From Verrucomicrobiales bacterium (GTDB lineage Bacteria; Verrucomicrobiota; Verrucomicrobiia; Verrucomicrobiales; V1-33): a DNA stretch of 64,000 nt. The DNA lies in contig JANOAV010000157.1 in NCBI GenBank assembly GCA_031411295.1, forward strand, positions 126,284 to 190,283, written 5' to 3'. The translations under genes and the position numbers were made by a program. Under the pieces are notes generated by a model. The model ran no database searches and was not told the DNA's origin. It worked only from the letters and a program-made list of their open reading frames with translations. Positions 57,325 to 64,000 of this stretch are shown here, one piece after another (the stretch's first letter is position 1; every line of letters begins with the position of its first letter).

Positions 57325-60300
57325 TCACCCCAGCCGCTGGTTCTTCACCAAGTCTCGCAGGATGCGGGCGGCGCTGGCTTCGTCCGGGCGGAGGGTTTCT
57401 AGTTTCTTGGCAAGGTAGTCGGCTATTTCCACCACGCGCTCGCGGTGGGTTTGGTTGGAGTAGTAGTCGGGGACGTTGAGAGTGAGATGGGCTAGGACGT
57501 CGTTGCCGTCCATGTTTCCGACTAGTTCCATTAGGGCGTAGAGGGTGGCGCGGAGGGTGGATTGGTGAAACTCTGAGCCTTCGCTCATTTCTGCTTTGCC
57601 AAACTCTACAGCAGATTTGAGCCGCGCTTCGTTGGCTTTTTGATTCCCCATCAGGGCGCGGAAATCTTTGACTTTGAAGGCTTTGGCGAAGTTCTGGTAG
57701 TTGTCCAGCGTCTTGAATCCCTTGGCTTCCAGCTCTAGCAGTTTGAGGTAAAATCGTTCTGGTCCGGTGAACTCTTTCCAATGCCGTTCGGGGATGCCGT
57801 GGGGAACTAGGCATTGGTTGGCGGTGTCCACGGCAAAGGAGATCAAGCCGTCCACAAACGTGGTCTCACCTTTCACACGCGGGCGGATGGCTTCGGCGGT
57901 CATGTCCCGTCCGTCGATGACGGCGTAGCGGGTTAGCACGCGGAGGGCAGCGGCGTATCCGGCCATTTGGATGTCCGCATCCTCGAAGACGTTTTCATCG
58001 CGATAGAGGCCCTTGGCTTCTTGATTCAAGCCGGTGAGATCGCGGATTTGATTTTCGACCTCCTCTTGAATTTCCCAAGCAAGATCGTCTCGGGTGGTTT
58101 TGTGGGAACCGTGGCGTTTGCGCAGGACGAGGAGGACGGTGCCTTTGACATTGCTGCCATCCCGGAGGGGGCTGTCGGTTTCCGTGACGATATACCACGC
58201 GGCGGTCACGTGCAGACCAGAAGCCCAAACAATATTCGCCATGTCCGCCCAGAGGCTTTCGGACTGGTGGGTAAACATTATAACCTGAATACCATTTTCC
58301 GGCATACAGTCCGCCATCCGCTGGTAGGCCGATACCATGCCACGGCGGAAGTCCTCATCAGAACCCTTGATGGCCGAAGATCGTCGACTATCCCAAACCC
58401 ACTCCGCAAACTCTTTCGGCGGATCTTTTCGCAACCATGCTATGAAGAACTCAAGAATTTCGTGATAGTTCACGGCATCCCCGTAAGGTGGATCAGTAAC
58501 AAATATGTCCTGAGGTTGCTGCATCAAACTCGCTGACAGAGCCGAGACCAAGAATTTACTTTTAGGGTTTAGAGGGAAGCTTTTGAAATCCCGAATCACG
58601 AGCTGTTTTACATACTCGCTGCTTCTGGCTCCAAAGTTGTAAAGAGTATTGAGAGCTTGATTTGAAAATACATTCTTCACTCCGGCCCGCCCCCCGCCAG
58701 ACGTATCCCATAAACTCAATTTTGCATTGTGCTGAACGGTATTGGCGAACGCCGGTTTAAGAATTGCTCCTGAAAATCGGTTCAAAAGGCCGTTTAGAAG
58801 CAATTGCCTTGGGGTAAACAAGTGGTGCCAGTGCGTCCAGCCCCTCTCACGTATTGGTTGGTCTGTATTGTAGCCCGACTCAATTCTCATGTCAGGAATC
58901 CAGCCTTGTGCTTGCCATTCTAAAAGGTTCCGAGCGATGAAATCCGCGATCTTAGCCTCACGATTGAGATCTGAAGGGGAAACAGATCGGAATTCAAAAT
59001 GATACCCTTTCCCTTTTGTTTTTGGGCGACTCCACTGGATTGCGTAGAGGCGTTCCTGAAAAATATCGTCCGGCTCCGGTTTGAAATCAGTTTTTAACCA
59101 CTGGCGGAGTTTGCTGCCAGTTGTTCCGTCCGGATTGCGAAAGTCTCCCCGGAGGGTGGAAATTTTCGTCCTATGCTCAACTCCATCGACTTTGTGGACC
59201 AGATAGGACTCTTGTCCTCTTCCCCCACTTTGAATTGTGCCCTTCGACGCGGCCTTAAGACGTGCTGAACCCACATTTCTAAGCAGTTTGGTTTCGTAAC
59301 GCTTCCTGACCGGATCCGGCACCAATTCAATGATGGCTTCATCATCCACGCTGACAATCAGGGATGGGAGCAGGGGGACCATCCACTGGCTCGCGGGACA
59401 GCGGGCTTCGAGGCAGTAAAGATAGGCCCTGCCCCGCCAACCTTCGCCATCTTCTTCAATGCCCAGTGCATCTACCTCGGCTTGCACGGTTTCCATCAAA
59501 GCTTGCTGTTGGCGTTCCAGTTCAGCGCGACTTTCCGGCGAACCGCCCACTATGTTGAAGGCTCCCCAGGTCAGGAGGCAGGCAACAGGATTCAGGTCAG
59601 AGGCAAACACATCACAGCCAAGCCGGGCGGCCTCGAAAGGAATCTGGCCGGAACCGGAAAAGGTATCCGCCACGCGGGGACGATGCCCAAAGCGCATCAG
59701 CCCCAATTGTTCAACCAACTCCGGGAAGGACTGAGCATTCGTATTCAGGTGATCATTGACCGGACCCCATATATGTTGGTGGACAGTGTCCATAACTTCC
59801 TCCGGACGCTTGGATCTTTCCACCCTGTCCCGATAGGAACCACCCGGCAACAAGGGGGCTTCCAAGCGGCGGCGCTCCAGCTCAGAAACATCCTCACGCC
59901 ATTGGACTTTGACGCCGTCCAGTTCAGGCAAGGACCAATCCACCGGAGAAGTGGAAGGCAGCAAATAGGGCGGCTCAGAAGTGAAGTAGTCGGCGGGACA
60001 GGACAGAGTCAGGCTTGCGAGGATTTCACGGGGCCGGGCACGGCGCGGATGCCGGGCGACAAAGGATTCGTCGTCCATGCCCATGAGCATTTCGAAGACT
60101 TCGAGATCGCGCTTCGGGTTTTCTGTAGCGGGCAGAAGGCAGCCCAGAATGCATGCTTTGTTCAGAATAAGAGGCTTCCGGCCTTTCCAATAAGATCCCA
60201 AGGCTGTGAGGGTTTTCCCCACGTTAGCCATCTGCTCCTTGTATGCCTCCGCCGAGAGCTTCTGCACGGGCAGGAGGCGTTCGATGAGTGCAGGGGCGTC

Positions 60301-60333
60301 TTTGAGAGAAAAGGGTTCAACGGTATGGCTCAT
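57325..60333 (-). CDS. DUF1156 adenine DNA methyltransferase (restriction-like system)
   Basis: LGSYWKGRKPL; DTFSGSGQIP (motif I); ASDLNP; TDPPY (motif IV). Confidence 0.93.
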   Translation of the reverse strand: MSHTVEPFSLKDAPALIERLLPVQKLSAEAYKEQMANVGKTLTALGSYWKGRKPLILNKACILGCLLPATENPKRDLEVFEMLMGMDDESFVARHPRRARPREILASLTLSCPADYFTSEPPYLLPSTSPVDWSLPELDGVKVQWREDVSELERRRLEAPLLPGGSYRDRVERSKRPEEVMDTVHQHIWGPVNDHLNTNAQSFPELVEQLGLMRFGHRPRVADTFSGSGQIPFEAARLGCDVFASDLNPVACLLTWGAFNIVGGSPESRAELERQQQALMETVQAEVDALGIEEDGEGWRGRAYLYCLEARCPASQWMVPLLPSLIVSVDDEAIIELVPDPVRKRYETKLLRNVGSARLKAASKGTIQSGGRGQESYLVHKVDGVEHRTKISTLRGDFRNPDGTTGSKLRQWLKTDFKPEPDDIFQERLYAIQWSRPKTKGKGYHFEFRSVSPSDLNREAKIADFIARNLLEWQAQGWIPDMRIESGYNTDQPIRERGWTHWHHLFTPRQLLLNGLLNRFSGAILKPAFANTVQHNAKLSLWDTSGGGRAGVKNVFSNQALNTLYNFGARSSEYVKQLVIRDFKSFPLNPKSKFLVSALSASLMQQPQDIFVTDPPYGDAVNYHEILEFFIAWLRKDPPKEFAEWVWDSRRSSAIKGSDEDFRRGMVSAYQRMADCMPENGIQVIMFTHQSESLWADMANIVWASGLHVTAAWYIVTETDSPLRDGSNVKGTVLLVLRKRHGSHKTTRDDLAWEIQEEVENQIRDLTGLNQEAKGLYRDENVFEDADIQMAGYAAALRVLTRYAVIDGRDMTAEAIRPRVKGETTFVDGLISFAVDTANQCLVPHGIPERHWKEFTGPERFYLKLLELEAKGFKTLDNYQNFAKAFKVKDFRALMGNQKANEARLKSAVEFGKAEMSEGSEFHQSTLRATLYALMELVGNMDGNDVLAHLTLNVPDYYSNQTHRERVVEIADYLAKKLETLRPDEASAARILRDLVKNQRLG

Positions 60334-60905
60334 GGGGGAGTTTGGAACAAGGGGAGACTAAAGAGATCACTCTCAACCGGACGACGGCGTTTGCGGCCTT
60401 CGGGTGGTTTCTCACCATCGGAGAGAGCGTGAAAAAGAGCGCGACGCCAGCCGCGCTGGGTGTCTTCGGGCAGGCCCGCTTCGGCCACAGTCATGGCGAA
60501 GAGCCACCAACGTTCCTCGGGGCGCAGGGCAGCCCATTTGCTGCAAATGACTGGGAGTTGATCGTCATTGGCGGTTTCAGCAGCCCAGGCGAGGACGCAG
60601 AGTTCTTTGCCCAGCAGACGATCCACCAGATTGGTGCCCGTATGCCAACGTGCGGCAGGGACTTTGGCGGCTTTGAGACGGTCATTAAATTCCCGACGGG
60701 CGATGTCCGCAATCCCCGCCCAGACTTGGCGGGTGAGGATGGCGCGTTCTTCATCACGAGGAATCCCGCCTTCCAAGCCGCGATAACCATAGTCCTCGAT
60801 CAGCAAAACCGCTTCATTCCGTGAGCCCGGAATTTCCACACGGAACAAGTGCGTGCCGAACTGATTCGGTGCGCCAAAGTCCACAAATGTGACGGGAGTG
60901 CTCAT
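60330..60905 (-). CDS. DUF3780 protein (restriction-like system)
   Basis: REFNDRLK, VDRLLGKELCVLAWA, LRPEERWWL, GWRRAL motifs; lies between the DUF499 and DUF1156 genes. Confidence 0.88.
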   Translation of the reverse strand: MSTPVTFVDFGAPNQFGTHLFRVEIPGSRNEAVLLIEDYGYRGLEGGIPRDEERAILTRQVWAGIADIARREFNDRLKAAKVPAARWHTGTNLVDRLLGKELCVLAWAAETANDDQLPVICSKWAALRPEERWWLFAMTVAEAGLPEDTQRGWRRALFHALSDGEKPPEGRKRRRPVESDLFSLPLFQTPP

Positions 60906-63898
60906 TGCTCAACTTCACTGGTGGTTAGATCGATGCCGAGCTTCTCCGCAAAATCCTTGAGATCGTGGCCGGAAGCAAAGTGGGCTTTTTTGAAGGTCAT
61001 GGTGACTGGCGTATCCGGGGCAAATTTGTCCAGCACGGTCTTGAGGATGCTCTCGATGAATGCGGCATTGACCCTGATTTCCCCGACCGTGATGCCAACC
61101 ATTTGGCTGCCCTGGCCAACGGTGACGACCACGCCTTCAAACTCCACGGACTTGTCTGTGGCTTGTTTGAGTCCCTCGAAGGTTTTGTTGCGGGAATCCA
61201 ATTTCCTTCCGGTGCGAGAGACAAGGCGGCCGGGTTTCACCGGGTGAACCTGCACACCTTTGGTTCCTTTTGCAGGGTAACGGACTTCGATCTTGGTTTC
61301 CAATCCAGCAGCCTCCGCAAAGACGCGGAGCATGACTTCCTCGTCTGAGATTTCAAACGGGGCGTCAAAGATCGTGCCTTCGCGCGGCTCTTCCCCACCG
61401 AGGGTGTAGCGGACGGTGCCAGCCGGGGCGACGATGAATCTCACGCTGCGCTTGCCGTCCTTTTCCATGAGTTCGTTGCGGATGACCAATTTATTCGACC
61501 AGGTTACTGGCTCTCCTGTTTTGTGAAGACCAGAAGGATCAACGACCAGGAAATGAACGCGCAGCGCCTTGGTGGTAAGAAACTGGTCTTTCAACTGCGG
61601 GCTCTTGTCAGTGACCGTGGCATCCTCCGCATAGTGAATGCGGGGCGCAGGTCCAGCGTTCACGGGATTGATGCGCAAGCGCACAGAACCGAGGTCGTCA
61701 GGCTCCGATTCCGCGATGACTTGGACGGAGGTCGTTTTCTTCTTGGGCTTCCGTGTGACGTAGCCATTTCCCAAGTCTTCCCAAGTGCCCCGGTTACAGG
61801 CAATGGACTTCAACGTGTCCAGTCCTTTAGGTGGGAGCCACGGCATCCCGGCTTGCTCTGCGTAGCGGTCCATTGCATCTGACCAACGAACGTCGTCTTG
61901 ATTTTCCGGCCAGAGCAGATCCTGCGCCTTGTCCAAGATGGGATCGAAGTCTTTCTCCACATCAAGGTAGAGTTTGAACGCTGGCGCTGCGGTGAGGGAT
62001 TTCTCAATCTGCTCCTCCCCATTGAACGGTTTGTCCGTGTCGCGGGCGGTGCTAAGGTTGATGTGAGCCAATCGAGCCGTGCTGCCAGCGGGCTTGCGCG
62101 GAAAGAGCAGTTTATCAAACAAGCTGAGCACAGTGGCGTTGAAGTCCTGTTCGTAGGCCTGTTGTTTGATTTCCAAATCATTGCGCTGGGGATGGCCTTT
62201 GGGAATGCGGTCATCCGCTTTCTGGGCGGCATAGAGTTGCCGGGCGGCTTTTTCCACACTGCCCATGGCCGTGCGGTCGCCTGTGAGAACACAAAAGTTA
62301 TTCTTCTGGCTCAGACCATCGAAGAACTTTTGCACTTCATCGGGAGGCATTTTGGAATCGGGACTGACGATGAGCAGGACGCGATTTCTGCGGACTTTGT
62401 CAGCAACGCTCTCCAGTTTCGGGAGCGGAAGGACTTCATCGTAGGCAGATTTTCGCGAGGGCTTGAACATGTCCTTCAGCCGATGGCGGATGAGATCGTC
62501 CACTTGATTCGGCGGAGCATCGTGCGCCAGGCTTTGCAGGAGCTTGGTGAGGTTTTCCTGACGGTCGAAATAGTATCTGCCTTCAGAGTTGTGGTGGAGA
62601 TACCACGCGGATTTTTCGAGTTCTTCAAACGCAGAAAGGAAATCCGATGCCTCACGTAGTGGCGAAACGAGGCACTCCACCATTTCCGTGGTGGTGAGGC
62701 CTTTCACCGCATTCACAGCGGTGGACAAGCTGGCCGTGAGCACCAAGGAACCGATCTGCGTGGCGGCATCTTTGCCCGTTTGTAGATCGACTACTTGAGC
62801 ATGGGCAGATTGGCCGGAATCCCACAAGTCTTTGGAAATCACATCCCTCATCCCGGAAATCTCGGTGAGCTTGTCCCGGACTTCGGGAATGGAGAGATCG
62901 AAATGCTGCGGGCCGATCAGGAAGACATCGTTGTCCTTCCGCTCCCACACGGAACGGAGCAGGCGGGAAACCAACTCGATCAGGCCTCGGGTTTGCTTGA
63001 ACTGTTCGTTCTCTTTGAACAAGGCGATGACATTTTTCAGCCGAGGATGGAAAGGATAGGTGGCGGCAATTTCGTCGGCAATGGCTTCGGCACCGCGATT
63101 CGCAACTTTGGACTTGGCAGCTTCGGCCAGCTTCTTGCCATAGGAGTCGGCTATGTCGTCTATTTCGGCGGTATCCGGCAGGGAAACGAAAAGCCTCTTC
63201 CGCAGGATGTCGTAGATTTCATTCGCAGCCAAGTCCACTGGCGTGATGTTTCGCTCAGCCCGGCCAAGCTCCTGACGGGCGTTGTTGAGAGCATTGTTGA
63301 TCAACGCACCGCCAGTCTGGTAAGCCGCGAACAAATCGGAGATGACTACGCAGACGTTGGCTTTCTTTCCCGCTGCGGTGAGCAGATTGGAAAAAGCACG
63401 GGTGGCAATGTCCGCCACGGTGCCAGCGCCAATGGGCCGCGTGGCCAGATCCTCAAAATAGGGCGGCATTTCATCCAATAGAATGAGGATGGGATCATTT
63501 CCCTCAAACAGCTTGAGCCAGGCTTTCTCGTCCGGTGCCTTGGGGCCTGCGGACCAGTATTCCTGAAAGATGTCGGCTTTGCCAAGTTGCTCGGCAATTT
63601 CGCCCCAGAAGAAATGCGCAGGACTATTCCGGCCATTGAAGGCGGCAACACCTGCATTTTCAAACATCTGAGCATTGGCATCGCCACCAAGATACTTTTT
63701 CCGCAGGCTCTTGTGCTTCGCCAGAAGCCCAAAGCCAACCAGCAGGTGCGTTTTACCACCGCCCATGGCTTGCTTGAGATGGAAAACCGCTTGGGAAGAA
63801 ACGCCCGCCAGTCGCGCCACGCCCTCAGAAATCAAATCGTGCATCCCTTGGGTGATGAACGTCTTAGAACCTGTCCGGTAATTTTGAAAAAGGGCCAT
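60902..63898 (-). CDS. DUF499 AAA+ ATPase (restriction-like system); native 5' end replaced by IS sequence, possible pseudogene
   Basis: QAMGGGKTH Walker A, LLDE Walker B, YPFHP, FKQTRG. The first ~11 codons lie inside the IS end (63867-63898). Confidence 0.88.
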   Translation of the reverse strand: MALFQNYRTGSKTFITQGMHDLISEGVARLAGVSSQAVFHLKQAMGGGKTHLLVGFGLLAKHKSLRKKYLGGDANAQMFENAGVAAFNGRNSPAHFFWGEIAEQLGKADIFQEYWSAGPKAPDEKAWLKLFEGNDPILILLDEMPPYFEDLATRPIGAGTVADIATRAFSNLLTAAGKKANVCVVISDLFAAYQTGGALINNALNNARQELGRAERNITPVDLAANEIYDILRKRLFVSLPDTAEIDDIADSYGKKLAEAAKSKVANRGAEAIADEIAATYPFHPRLKNVIALFKENEQFKQTRGLIELVSRLLRSVWERKDNDVFLIGPQHFDLSIPEVRDKLTEISGMRDVISKDLWDSGQSAHAQVVDLQTGKDAATQIGSLVLTASLSTAVNAVKGLTTTEMVECLVSPLREASDFLSAFEELEKSAWYLHHNSEGRYYFDRQENLTKLLQSLAHDAPPNQVDDLIRHRLKDMFKPSRKSAYDEVLPLPKLESVADKVRRNRVLLIVSPDSKMPPDEVQKFFDGLSQKNNFCVLTGDRTAMGSVEKAARQLYAAQKADDRIPKGHPQRNDLEIKQQAYEQDFNATVLSLFDKLLFPRKPAGSTARLAHINLSTARDTDKPFNGEEQIEKSLTAAPAFKLYLDVEKDFDPILDKAQDLLWPENQDDVRWSDAMDRYAEQAGMPWLPPKGLDTLKSIACNRGTWEDLGNGYVTRKPKKKTTSVQVIAESEPDDLGSVRLRINPVNAGPAPRIHYAEDATVTDKSPQLKDQFLTTKALRVHFLVVDPSGLHKTGEPVTWSNKLVIRNELMEKDGKRSVRFIVAPAGTVRYTLGGEEPREGTIFDAPFEISDEEVMLRVFAEAAGLETKIEVRYPAKGTKGVQVHPVKPGRLVSRTGRKLDSRNKTFEGLKQATDKSVEFEGVVVTVGQGSQMVGITVGEIRVNAAFIESILKTVLDKFAPDTPVTMTFKKAHFASGHDLKDFAEKLGIDLTTSEVEQ

Positions 63899-64000
63899 AA
63901 TGGGGTAGGGTAAGGAATGAGAAAAAGCTACCCGACAGATGTGAGTGACAAGGAATGGGCGTTACTGGAGCCACTATTTTGCCCACCAGGGGCGGCCCGC
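63867..64000 (+). mobile_element. IS5-family insertion sequence, left end (partial)
   Basis: TTA target (63864-63866) followed by a GAACCTGTCC terminus and a transposase start. Confidence 0.82.
63917..64000 (+). CDS. IS5-family transposase N-terminus (3'-partial)
   Basis: Manual translation MRKSYPTDVSDKEWALLEPLFCPPGAAR fits the YPSDL-D-EW--LEP pattern (DUF4096-type). Confidence 0.85.
   Translation, partial: MRKSYPTDVSDKEWALLEPLFCPPGAAR

Larger units (their letters stand above)
46206..64000. mobile_element. Integrative genomic island (satellite/PICI-like core plus defence cargo), right end outside the window
   Basis: att fragment, tyrosine integrase, Xis-like HTH, primase-like and DUF3987 genes, then anti-phage cargo. 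Confidence 0.85.

Noticed and set aside
57325..63898. Calling the cargo BREX or DISARM
   Set aside because: No PglZ, BrxL or DrmAB. The order DUF499-DUF3780-DUF1156-PLD/helicase fits the restriction-like system instead.
46352..64000. Intact prophage
   Set aside because: No terminase, portal, capsid, tail or lysis genes in the window.

Overview
Bacterial chromosomal window of moderately high GC. The gene content (DUF1549/DUF1553 protein, characteristic secreted-protein modules) suggests Verrucomicrobiota or another PVC lineage; this is inference. It has four parts. (1) 1-5.7 kb: a 5'-partial DUF1549/DUF1553 gene and a modular secreted SGNH/sialate-O-acetylesterase-like protein. (2) 5.6-38.8 kb: a 28-gene minus-strand surface-polysaccharide operon (Wzx, three DegT aminotransferases, three LbH acyltransferases, amidotransferases, heparinase II/III-like protein, a GtrB/GT-C-like tail). 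It is headed by a GbsR/MarR regulator, an RfaH/NusG paralogue and an ops-like leader motif. (3) 38.9-46.2 kb: envelope and hypothetical genes plus a zeta-toxin-like pseudogene. (4) 46.2 kb to the end: an island bounded by a 3' fragment of tmRNA or tRNA-Ala, with integrase, Xis-like HTH, primase-like and DUF3987 genes, several phased repeat arrays and a defence cargo. The cargo is a DUF499-DUF3780-DUF1156-PLD/helicase restriction-like system. It is split by a STAS-HATPase/STAS pair, a relic TA pair and a VapBC module with its own promoter, and its first gene is interrupted by an IS5-family element that supplies an in-frame ATG. All family calls come from reading motifs by eye; no searches were run.
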